A DNA stretch of 58,316 nt, filler included, from Catajapyx aquilonaris (lineage: Eukaryota), in NCBI GenBank assembly GCA_000934665.2. It is 3 parts of 3 records of this genome, joined end to end, with 100 filler letters (N's around TTAATTAATTAA, not from the genome) between each part and the next. Parts side by side here need not be neighbours in the genome. Positions count along the whole stretch, not along the records: positions 19,472 to 38,768 come from JYFJ02006488.1; positions 38,869 to 58,316 come from JYFJ02006489.1; 1 more part is not named here. The stretch is one strand, 5' to 3'. How positions within the stretch are numbered: position 1 is the first letter of the stretch; each line of letters begins with the position of its first letter. The translations under genes and the position numbers were made by a program. A model generated the notes under the pieces. That model was not told the origin of the DNA. It made no database searches and saw only the letters and a list, made by a program, of their open reading frames with translations. Positions 38,147 through 48,262 of the stretch are shown here, piece by piece.

Positions 38147-38293
38147 GGCCGGGTTTCACCAGCTCCCAGAAAATTTGTCTGGCAGAAGAAGAGCCAGGAT
38201 AGTTTGTTATTCATTGTTGTCAACAATGAATAACAAACTATCCTGGCTCTTCTTCTGCCAGACCAATTTTCCGGGAGCCGGTGCAACCCAGCC
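38147..38293. mobile_element. Palindromic PIF/Harbinger (Tourist-like) MITE, copy 1
   Basis: TAA|GGCCGGGTTTCACC ... GGTGCAACCCAGCC|TAA; almost entirely self-complementary. Confidence 0.85.
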
Positions 38294-38486
38294 TAAGAGG
38301 TCCGAGGTCTATGTAAAATTACTATTATTATTTATAATTAGACCAAAATGATTATGTGGTGGTGGATGCACAGGACTCAACTGATCTGGAACAAAACAAA
38401 ATTGAACAGAGAAGTGAGAACTTGCATTATGAAGGTGTGATCATGAACTCTGCAGGTTACTCAATGGCTCAATGTTTATTCCTTAA

Positions 38487-38628
38487 GGCCGGGTTGCACC
38501 GGCTCCTGGAAAATTTGTCTGGCCGATGAAGAGCCAGGATAGTTTGTTATTCATTGTTGTCAACAATGAATAACAAACTATTGGCTCTTCTGCCAGACAA
38601 ATTTTCCACGAGCCGGTGCAACCCGGCC
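38487..38628. mobile_element. Palindromic PIF/Harbinger (Tourist-like) MITE, copy 2
   Basis: TAA|GGCCGGGTTGCACCGG ... CCGGTGCAACCCGGCC|TAA; same family as 38147-38293. Confidence 0.87.
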
Positions 38629-38768
38629 TAAGTCACTGAAAACGGCTTACTCAAGCATTTATTCAATGAACACATTAGCCTGAGAAGCAGTTGATTGCTA
38701 TAATAATAATAATTTGTTGGTTGTCAAGATGACCGCGCATAGTGTAATATTTACAGTAAAACTTCCAT

Positions 38769-38868
38769 NNNNNNNNNNNNNNNNNNNNNNNNNNNNNNNN
38801 NNNNNNNNNNNNTTAATTAATTAANNNNNNNNNNNNNNNNNNNNNNNNNNNNNNNNNNNNNNNNNNNN
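38769..38868. other. Artificial scaffold linker
   Basis: 44 N + TTAATTAATTAA + 44 N. Confidence 0.95.
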
Positions 38869-39078
38869 CAACCTTCAATTTTTCATTACATACTTTTGCT
38901 GGATTTTGGAGGTGCATTGTGTATTACCTTACAATCCGACATCCGCAGTGTGTTGTTAGGACTTCCATGCACATGCAATATGCTCCATGTCACTGGTATG
39001 CCCACATTGTATAGCCATAATTATTGCAAAGGTTACTACTAAATCAATGAGTCACTCCTATGGAAAAGTCTTTCATAA

Positions 39079-39105
39079 CCCGAGCAACGCCGGGTATCCT
39101 GCTAG
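39079..39105 (+). mobile_element. Helitron-like 3' terminus
   Basis: Short GC hairpin CCCGAGCAACGCCGGG followed by ...TGCTAG|T. A similar end, CCCCGTGCGAAAAAAGGGTCCCCTGCTAG|T, lies at 40864-40892. Confidence 0.55.
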
Positions 39106-39342
39106 TAATAATAATAATAATAATAATAACAACAACAATAATAATAATGGATACCCCGTGATAGGCCCCTTGGGCCCACAGAAATCGTAGTATCGCTGAT
39201 ACTGTTACATACTGTTACATAGAGATACTCCGTATCTCTATCTCTGTGCCTTGGGCCTCTTAGGGGATCATCTGGTGAATAACCGACTTTAATCATTTGC
39301 CTGTAATGTGATGGATTTTGATAATATACATATATACACACA

Positions 39343-39735
39343 CAGGGTGGTCCAACTTCAAGTGTCGTTTTATAACGGCGATTAATAGCAGTGATTTTGC
39401 GATGACGTAGCAGCGACGTGTAAAATGTCCCACTTCGGCGCCATCGAAAATATTAGCTGCCAATAGCAGCACACATGTAATCAACCCTGCTGCTGGGTTG
39501 ACCTGGAAAGAAGGAGGTGCACACATGACCTGCGATGCGCCTGGGTGAAATGGGTGACGTCCAAGGCACCAGATGGACCATGGACCTGTAATGCAAGGGG
39601 GGAACCTGCAAACGAAACACAGCTAATATTTTCGATGGCGTCGAAGTGGGCCATTTTACACGTGGCTGCTACGATAATCGTAAAGCGCTTCTATTAATAG
39701 CCATTATAAAACGACACTTGAAGTTGACCACCCTG
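39343..39735. mobile_element. Tc1/mariner-type MITE (CAGGGTGGTCCAACTT TIR)
   Basis: ~115-bp imperfect inverted arms; ends CAGGGTGGTCCAACTTCAAGTGTCG / CGACACTTGAAGTTGACCACCCTG. Flanks are CA/TG rather than TA. Confidence 0.8.
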
Positions 39736-39750
39736 TGTGGTTGTGTGTGT

Positions 39751-40094
39751 GGGTGATCAGGTCTTGACTAAGGTCTGGGGACGGAAGTCTGTGGTTTTAC
39801 TGTAGCTGTGGGGACCAGTTCCAATTGTGGGGACATTTGTCGGTCCCCACAGTCTCACACACGCGAAGTGTACCATTACAGTGGGGACATGTGTAAATTA
39901 GTGGGGACATGTCCCCACTATTTTCATTTGTAGGGTTTCACAAAAGTCCATTTTTCTCAGCCTAGGTTACTTAGGGTAGGGTAGGTTAGGTAGGGTAGGG
40001 TAGGTTAGGTTAGGTTAGGTTAGGTTAGATCAGTTTACACTCGCAGTGAAAAGTGATCAATGTCCGTCCCCACGCCTTAGTCAAGACAAGAGTG
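39751..40094 (+). mobile_element. Microsatellite-flanked non-autonomous element with TTAGG array, family 1 (CMC/EnSpm-like)
   Basis: Flanked by (GT)n; subterminal IR GTCTTGACTAAGG / CCTTAGTCAAGAC; repeated GTGGGGAC motifs; TAGGG/TTAGG run ~39971-40028; near-identical inverted copy at 55240-55600. Confidence 0.8.
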
Positions 40095-40111
40095 TGTGTG
40101 TGTGTGTGGGT

Positions 40112-40380
40112 GGGTGATCAGACTTTCCTATCCTTGCGAGGAATTTTTTCGAGATTTCCCTATCCTTGTGAGGACCTGTTGCCTTACGAGGACTTTTTCA
40201 GGACCTCATATTGTACACAGTCCTCACAAGGATAGGGAAATTTCGAAAAAATACCTCATACTTACTGTCAAAATATATGTAACCAAAATTTCGTGTGTTT
40301 TTTGTAGGTTAGGTTAGGTTAGGTTAGTTTTAAATTTTTATTTTTCGAAAATCCTCACAAGGATAGTACATTATAATATG
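40112..40380 (+). mobile_element. Microsatellite-flanked TTAGG element, family 2
   Basis: Same left end GGGTGATCAG after (GT)n; CTATCCTTGYGAGG motif twice in each orientation; TTAGG run ~40305-40327; followed by (TA)n. Confidence 0.72.
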
Positions 40381-40970
40381 TATATATATATATATATTAT
40401 GCATCATAGTTAGGCGCAGATGTCCTGCTTTGGAATTGTCGTCTGTTGATCTTTGTCGTGTCATGCTGTGGTATGCAGTTTTAGATTTAAGCTTGCAGTG
40501 CACTGCTGCATGCCTGCACATGTTATAACTACGGACCATGTTTGCCCTCCGTACTCGTAAATTATTATGCTACGTACTTTTAGATCACATTTCAAAAATG
40601 GACACGATGCTCCGTTTATAACTATAAGAACTTTGATACCTTACATCAGGTCCAGTAACAACTGTCTGCCGGATTTAATACATTAACTAATTTCATGAAA
40701 CACTGGCTGCTGCGTATACCCTTATTCGGCCACAACTGGTCTTGCTCATGTGACATATTTGAAGCCATAACTCCCATGAGCACATAGCATTTACAGTCAC
40801 TCTAATTTAGCTCAATATACAGTATAATTATGCAAGTTTTACAAACTTCTTTCATTTATCAATCCCCGTGCGAAAAAAGGGTCCCCTGCTAGTGTATTAT
40901 AAATTATAAAGGGGCATCAGATCAATTCATTTGTAAAAGAAGCAGAATCAACAACATTCTCTTACTATAC

Positions 40971-42531
40971 CTCTCATATAGCTTCCAGGATGTATGGTAA
41001 TGACTCGGATTCCCTTCGGTGACAATTCCTGTCTGATGCACTTGGAGAAACCCTTTATGGCCCACTTGGACGAAAAGTACGCTGAACATAGCACATGTCC
41101 GATGTAGCTTCCTAGACTGCAGATGTTGACAATACGCCCAGCTGCATTATAATAATAATATTATATTAAAAACACGTTTGCAAGAATCAATTTAGACTGA
41201 TACAGTAGACATAATATTATTAGCAGCAAGGGAGACGGAGTGGCGCCGCGGTAACGCGTGCGCCCACGGAAGTTAAGGTCCCGGGTTCAATCCCCACCCG
41301 GGGTTCCCACCTTCTTTCGTGCTGAGTTGGGCCATCTCTGGCTTCGTTTCGGGTGGCAATTTCCGATAGACTAAGCCACCCGGGGGAGTTCACAAAATGA
41401 CCAATTAACGACAGCGCACTTGCACTTTGCACATCCCCTCCTATACTTACCCTTGGAACAATTAACATATATATATTATATGGTTCCCAAAAAATAGTGG
41501 TATTCCACTCCCCTAATAAGGGCCCAAGGTCCGATAATGGGGTACAGGTAAATAAAAAAAAAATATTAGCAGCACTCTACCTTGTAACCAACCAAATAGT
41601 AGCTGGACAATGAAAGAACATGCCATTAAAATGTTTGCAACACTTACCAGTGCAGCAGACTACTTACCTTGGTTTTTTTCAAGTAAAGGGAGAAACTCCT
41701 TCGTCATTCTAATGTGTCCAAAAAAGTTGACCGACATGATCCTTTCATAGGTTTCCATGGGCAGGATTTCAACTGCACCGAAAATATTTACGCCTGCATT
41801 GTTGATTAAGGCCCATAAACCTGCATAAATGGCATATTAAATTCGCATTGAAGATGATAGAATAATATTACAGAACTGGACATATCAGTGTGCCAACATT
41901 GTTAAATATGATTATCCTCTATGTGCAGTGTAGATTACTAGCATGCTGTAGCCCGAGTATTTTGTATACTTAGAGATACAGACACAAGTTAGTCATTAAC
42001 AAAAACATTGAAAATATGTGGCAACTGATCAAGTGGAAGTTGTCACACATGTACAGTACCGTTCAATTTATTAGGTTTTATCAAATGATATATTATTATT
42101 TATTATTCACAGTGTACCTAGTACATCACCTTTAGAATCTATCGGTAGATGATTAGTCACATATTTTACTGCCTGCTGGACGCTTTCCTTTGAAGTTACA
42201 TCCAGCTCTATGGCGTGCAACCTCGCAGATTTCATGTCTCGAAGTTTGGCCAAATCCCCGCAATCTTGCTTCAGCGAGAGAAACCCAGCAAACACAGTGA
42301 AGCCCTGCATCAAAACACCAATACGTTTGATAAGATTCTTTTCAGTTATGCATTGGAAGATGGAATATAACTTTACTTATTAAGTTGTACAAGAAATAAA
42401 AGTGTTATTGTTAGCAAGATACTTACAAGTGCATGAAGTTTGTAGGCAGCAGCATTTCCAAATCCTGAATCGCAGCCAGAGATAAATACAGCTCTTCCAT
42501 TTGGATGGAGCTGTACATAATATATCATTTT

Positions 42532-42622
<91 letters not shown>

Positions 42623-42808
42623 CTTCCTTGATCTCAAGGACCAAATCCAGTAGCAGAAAGTGACGGATGTCAGAATAATGTAGCTGAAGAATGTGTAAAG
42701 TGCATTGCAATCTATTAAAATGTAAAGACACACCACTTCTGCCAAGAGAAGAGCAATGAAGGTCCTTATTTCTTTCTTCATATCATTGTAGTCGGGGAAA
42801 AATGCCAT
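40971..42808 (-). CDS. Short-chain dehydrogenase/reductase, SDR9C (RDH16/BDH1/17-beta-HSD-like), copy B, exons 1-5 only
   Basis: Exons 42808-42623, 42510-42427, 42304-42130, 41820-41668 and 41141-40971, all GT-AG and in phase. N-terminal hydrophobic anchor, ISGCDSGFG, GFTVFAG, LDVT, GLWALINNAG, GRIVNICS, catalytic YFSSK, IHPG. Exons 6-7 not found before the contig end. Confidence 0.85.
41229..41563 (+). mobile_element. tRNA-derived SINE in intron 4 of SDR copy B (antisense)
   Basis: A-box-like GTGGCGCCGCGG, B-box GGTTCAATCCC, A-tail; 11-bp TSD TATTAGCAGCA (41218-41228 / 41564-41574); absent from the short intron 4 of copy A. Confidence 0.85.
42535..42621 (+). repeat. (AAT)n microsatellite in SDR-B intron 1
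   Basis: Begins directly after the donor GT on the - strand. Confidence 0.95.
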
Positions 42809-43484
42809 TTTCTGAAAGGGATGTAAAAATAAGATAATTTTATGATACCGCATCTATTAATAATATTAAAATGCTTGCGTTGGGGGCCCGAGCCTTCTGA
42901 TTGTTGCCGCCACCTCCCCATTGGTCCCCGTTCATTATTACACAAACGCATTGTTACCATGACGCCTTCGATTGGCCCCCTTTCCGAGCATGCGCAATGG
43001 GTGGAAGAAGTAGGAAAATATATTATTACGCAATCAAATATATGCGGGCTCAAAAGCAGATTACGATATTAATATGATAGACGTTACAATCACAACCGTA
43101 AGATATTTTTTTCCCAGTGGAGGGTGGTGCACTTTCCAAGTACCGAGTTCAATAAAGAGTATAAGTTGTGAATAATTGTTCACTTCAGAAACAGAGTTTT
43201 CAGTGCCACAGAGAACCTCTCGAATAATTATTAATGGTAACAGTAATCAGTAACGAGTCAATACCTGAAGCTGCGGATGTCTATAGTAGTTCAACCTACT
43301 GTAATATTGTCTAATATACTGTTCTAGAAATCAAGACCAATCAATAAACTTGAATCACCTTGCATTTGTAATCAAGAAATGAATAGTTATTCGAGAAGAT
43401 TTCAATATGTACTACACTTACCTTTCTTATTAGTCTGTCCAGACTTACACCTGCAGTTATACAGTATGTCTGTTATTATTCTAA

Positions 43485-43713
43485 GGTCCTGTTCACACTT
43501 CACACGTGGCCACTTTTAATGGCAGCAACAACTGGCCACAGCAACTGACCATTTTTGGAAATAACTTACACACAGGATTGAATGAGAGCATTCACACGTG
43601 GCCACACCGGGCCACACCGGGCCACACTCTCATTCAATCCTGTGTATTTCCAAGAGTGGTCAGTTGTTGTGGCCTGTTGCTGCCACTAAAAGTGGCCACG
43701 TGTGAATCGGGCC
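43485..43713. mobile_element. PIF/Harbinger-type hairpin MITE upstream of SDR-B
   Basis: TAA|GGTCCTGTTCACAC ... GTGTGAATCGGGCC|TAA; paralogous copy at 54777-54987; empty TAA site at 48993-48995. Confidence 0.85.
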
Positions 43714-44827
43714 TAAGATGTAACTACCTGGCCTATGGAATACGGAGTGGGGAGGTAGGAAATAAAATTGGGAAAAAAACTCCAAGTGAGTAAGGCCGTT
43801 TTTTGCCGCCTGACTTTCATCATGCTGTTAGAACGCTGATGTCGTCCAAAGTGAAAATGTGCATGTTTCTTAAATTAACTTTTGACGTAGTACGATATCA
43901 CATAGCATGGCAGCCTTCTTGCGCAACATGTGAATATACAGCATACATAACACAGTACATGCACATCCCAGTGCAATTCCCAGTGGAAGAGAGATGGGTT
44001 TTTAATAGGATAAAAATAGTGGATTGTTAAAAGCATGTTTTAAGAGATTGGAAGGAACAGGTAGTACAGGGCTGCATAGATTATTATGTCTTGACCATTG
44101 TTTCTCACTGGTTTCTGAAAACTCATAGAAGAACCGTAAGTTTACAAACTTATTTAGCATCACCCCACTCGGGCATGGTAATATATACATGGCAGCTCTG
44201 CAACTAATATTATGTCGCAGTTATATTAGAATTATAACAGCATAATGGGGTCCTAGCCTTGGTCTGGGATTTGGATAATCTGTACAGGAATACCTAAACC
44301 ATCCATATAAACTAGCATTCCACCACTTTTCAGCACCAAATTGCCATAATTATCGCGGGTTTAAAAGTCACTCTCAAATTGGCGTGGCCTAAAAAGCGCA
44401 TTCCCACTCCTGCCTCACAACACTGACAACACTATTCTGCAAAAAAAAGAAGAAAAACTTTCTTTCGCTCTTTTGAAAACTTTTATTTGCTTTCTATGGA
44501 TGAGGGGGCGCTGAATCCGAATCCGGCAACCGATTCGCTCTATCACGTACAGTTTTTGAGATATATCGTTTTAAACCTTTGGACGGTTTACTAGGGGTAT
44601 TTCCGAATCAAGTGGGCGTAAATGTTGCTAGACAGCCTCACCTCTTCCTGAAAATAATCCCTGATGTACTCAACTATTCCTTAATTCTGCCTATAAAGAT
44701 TCAGCCATATCGCTCAATACTATGATGAGGGGGAAAATCGCAAACATCTGTAAATGGCTGAAATGAGGCATTTTTTTGGAGAATTTTTTTAAGTTAGTGG
44801 AAGTTGTCAAAACCCAATGAACATATA

Positions 44828-45251
44828 CAGGGTGTATCTGAACTCAGTGCCCCGACGTATATGACTGCCTTCCTAGCCACCAGAGGATCGATTTAAGTAT
44901 AGGAGTCATATGTCTGGGCAGCCTCATTACTGAGATACACTCTTTAGCGATTTTTGCCTAATCGCTCCTTCTGACTTTTAAATAGAATTTTCTGGTGTAA
45001 CTAGCCAAAGAGGCCTTACCACCTGTGGGCAACAAACCAACAAAGTCCCGCCCCCAGACCTTCCAGAGCCTTCTTACTGGGGGAGGGTTCGATGGGTGGC
45101 CTAACCGACAGGATATTTTGTACTACATGTTTGCGGCCAATTATCTCCGTAATGCGGCGACCAAACATAATGACTCCTATACTTAAATCGATCCTCTGGT
45201 GGCTAGGAAGGCAGTCATATACGTCGGGGCACTGAGTTCAGATACACCCTG
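44828..45251. mobile_element. Tc1/mariner-type MITE with ~80-bp TIRs
   Basis: TA|CAGGGTGTATCTGAACTCAG ... CTGAGTTCAGATACACCCTG|TA. Confidence 0.9.
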
Positions 45252-45431
45252 TATATCAAAAGAAAGGGAAGCACCAGGAAAATGCGCCAATGGAATTAGT
45301 TTTCCTCTAAAATGTAAAAATAAATTTTTATACCTTTTCATTGGTCACTTGCTCAGTCACATGCCCAAGAATTGTGACCTCAACATGTTCTGCAGCAATA
45401 TCCTCCTTTGGATAAAAGCAGGTGTACTATA

Positions 45432-46203
45432 CAGGGTGGGCGAAAAGTCCCAGGACACCTGGCTATTTTTGCCTGAAAAACAAATCTGTGCATGGAAAAT
45501 GTGTCGGAGATGCTGGTGTAACATCTTCTGGACACTGACGGAACTGTTTGATGAGGGGAGACATCTGACGACCCCCAACAACACCCACAATAAATTAACA
45601 GTGTTAACAGTGCAAGATGGCGGATACGAGCGGGTTCACTGTGGAGGAGAGACTTGTGGCTACTGTGTGGGTCCACGAGAGGCCTCATACGGGAAAGAAC
45701 CTAACGCACATCATGCAGGATATCAGGGCTCGTTTTGGTAATAGGCGCCACTGAGAAGAAGTAACTTGTTCAAGTGGGAGAAAAAAGCATTTAGCAAGGG
45801 AAGTGTCTTTCACGCTTCCCATCTTTCACATTTCACATGCTAAATGTTTTTTTTCTCCCACTTGAACAAGTTACTTCTTCTCGGTGGCGCCTATTACCAA
45901 AACGAGCCCTGATATCCTGCATGATGTGCGTTAGGTTCTTTCCCGTATGAGGCCTCTCGTGGACCCACACAGTAGCCACAAGTCTCTCCTCCACAGTGAA
46001 CCCGCTCGTATCCGCCATCTTGCACTGTTAACACTGTTAATTTATTGTGGGTGTTGTTGGGGGTCGTCAGATGTCTCCCCTCATCAAACAGTTCCGTCAG
46101 TGTCCAGAAGATGTTACACCAGCATCTCCGACACATTTTTTATGCACAGATTTGTTTTACAGGCAAAAAAAGCCAGGTGTCCTGGGACTTTTCGCCCACC
46201 CTG
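45432..46203. mobile_element. Foldback element made of two head-to-head 5' ends of a Tc1/mariner (DUF4817-type HTH) transposon
   Basis: TA|CAGGGTGGGCGAAAAGTCCC ... GGGACTTTTCGCCCACCCTG|TA; ~365-bp near-identical arms, each encoding MADTSGFTVEERLVATVWVHERPHTGKNLTHIMQDIRARFG. Confidence 0.88.
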
Positions 46204-46247
46204 TATAGATTCAGGTCTGCTGAATGACATGACACATGAAACATGTA

Positions 46248-47197
46248 CAGGGTTGGGCAAAATGTATGGCATGATTTGAATCACGTGGTACTATGATGCT
46301 GTTTGAGCATGCAGGGGATATTGGCATGTGCTGGAGTGGGGAAGGTTTGCCATTTGCAAAAATGGTGTCGTGGTCGCCAGAGCACTGTGCATTCTTTGTG
46401 GAGACTTATTTTAAAATTAACGAGTTCCCCATAGCTCTACGAAGGATATTTCTTAGCCATTTTGAACTGGGATATCAGGACGAAGTTATCAACCACCAGA
46501 CAAACATAAGGTGGGTGAAGCAATTCCTGAACACATCATCATCATGCCTGGACCAGAATAGCACTGTCCAAGGAGTCCTTGGACAGTGCTATTCTAGGAC
46601 ACAACGGACCCCCACCCAAAGGGTATTCAACGCACAACTCCTAATTCCTGGGCTATTGGCCGTTCCAAGCGTCCAAAAAGGTTCTTCGGGCCACTTTGTC
46701 CCTTGCTTTCAATTGTTGCACAGCTTGATCTTGTAAGGATATAAGTGCAGGACATCATGATGTAGCACAGGGAGTGTGCCAACATTCATAGTGCCAAGGC
46801 GTGCCTAACATACTGCTGATCACTAAGGACTTCGGAGGAGCGCATTGTGGACATCTTGGGAGGGAGGGCTATGTCCTTGGATGTCCAGTGCTTTTTTGGT
46901 TTCTGATGCTGTGTCCCGGAACTGCTTCACCCCCCTTATGATTGCCTGATGGTCGGGGACTTGGTTCTGACGTCCCAGCCTAAAATGGTGAAGAAAGATC
47001 CTTCGCACAGCTCTGGTGGAGTAATTATTTTTAAAATAAATCTCCATGATGACTGCACGGTGCTTTGCAGACCAAGACACCATTTTTGCAAATGGCAAAC
47101 CTTCCTTACTCCAGCACATGCCCATATGCCTTGCATGCTCAAACAGCACCACCGTACCACGTGATTCAAATCATGCCATACATTTTGCCCAACCCTG
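46248..47197. mobile_element. Second foldback of transposase 5' ends (DUF4817-type), more diverged arms
   Basis: TA|CAGGGTTGGGCAAAATGTATGGC ... GCCATACATTTTGCCCAACCCTG|TA. Arms encode MVSWSPEHCAFFVETYFK...RRIFLSHF...IRWVKQF (+) and MVSWSAKHRAVIMEIYFK...RRIFLHHFRLGRQNQVPD...VKQFR (-). Confidence 0.88.
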
Positions 47198-47630
47198 TAT
47201 TACATCGTGCATTTACGTTGTCATGTAAATGTAATAGGGGGGCGCCTCTAACTGTGATCCAAGTGCAATTAGCGCCTGTAGATAGGCAACCACGCATCAG
47301 CGGACCAAATCCTTGTGGGAAAGGTCCGAACGTGGCCTGGACCTAAACATATCTCACACTCATCGACGGGCAAATTTTTTCGTACAAAAGGTGATCACGT
47401 TCACGTGGAATTGCCCCCACTCCGTTCACTTTTTTGGCTTTTCAGAATGTTGGTAAATTCTTACATACCAGCAAAGCATCAATGTTTCGCCCTTCTACCT
47501 CGTTGGGAAGTAGGAGAAAAACAGACAGACATACACTACATGGGTATTGCATTATAGGAATATAATTACATAATACCTATACATGCGAATTAACGTGATC
47601 ATTGCAATATGACTATTACTCGCACAGCTC

Positions 47631-47817
47631 TCATTGAGAAGAGATGGCGTAATTAATAACTCTCTCCTTCATGCAGTCCACTATGAAACTAGGTGTAAAT
47701 CCTGCAGTAATCATGACTATTTTATCAGCAATTCCTCCAGATATGTAGTTTGTTAGCAGGATAGGAGGCAGTCACAGAGTCAGTAATGGAATCCACTACT
47801 TCGCTGATGTCAGAGTT
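47631..47817 (-). pseudogene. Orphan, frameshifted last exon of a deleted middle SDR copy
   Basis: TTTTCAG|NSDISEVVDSITDSVTASYPA... is homologous to 50985-50794; a 1-nt insertion (GCTAACAAAC vs GCTACAAAC) gives an early TGA; exons 1-6 absent. Confidence 0.85.
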
Positions 47818-47975
47818 CTGAAAAAAAGTAGGACAAAAAAATCATTCCGGTTTATTTTTTCCTTCGGTCAGTTGGTAAACAAATAAATTCCTTTTTTCAC
47901 AGTGAATGAATTGCGTAACGCAGATTATTTTTTATTAAGGCCGAAATTGAAATATTCATATGCGTTATTAACCTA

Positions 47976-48262
47976 CTCTCTAAAAAAATAGAGTTAAAAA
48001 AACTCATTGAGTTTTTTAAACTCTTTTAAACCTTGAAAGTGGTCATTACCAAAAATGAGTTATAATAACTCTTTCGCTGGAGTTAAAACAACTCTTTTAG
48101 TTCATTTCATCCTCCGAAAGAGTAATTAATTCACTCTTTCGGAGGATGAAATGAACTAAAAGAGTTGTTTTAACTCCAGCAAAGAGTTATCATAACTCAT
48201 TTTTGGTAATGACCACTTTCAAGGTTTAAAAGAGTTAATTTAACTCTTATTTTTTTAGAGAG
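47976..48262. mobile_element. AT-rich palindromic MITE
   Basis: TA|CTCTCTAAAAAAATA ... TATTTTTTTAGAGAG|TA; near-perfect hairpin centred at ~48127. Confidence 0.85.

Noticed and set aside
39178..39300. Candidate exon 6 of SDR-B (CAG|GC...ATTTCT|GT on - strand)
   Set aside because: Immediate TGA in the required phase, little similarity to SDR-A exon 6, and overlap with SINE-tail-like motifs.
39971..40028. TTAGG array as a true telomere
   Set aside because: Short, degenerate and embedded in a dispersed element present twice in the window.
45199..45741. 180-aa ORF and mirror-image ORFs in 45357-46279 and 55549-56001
   Set aside because: Chance frames through MITE and foldback sequence; mirrored translations arise from the palindromes.
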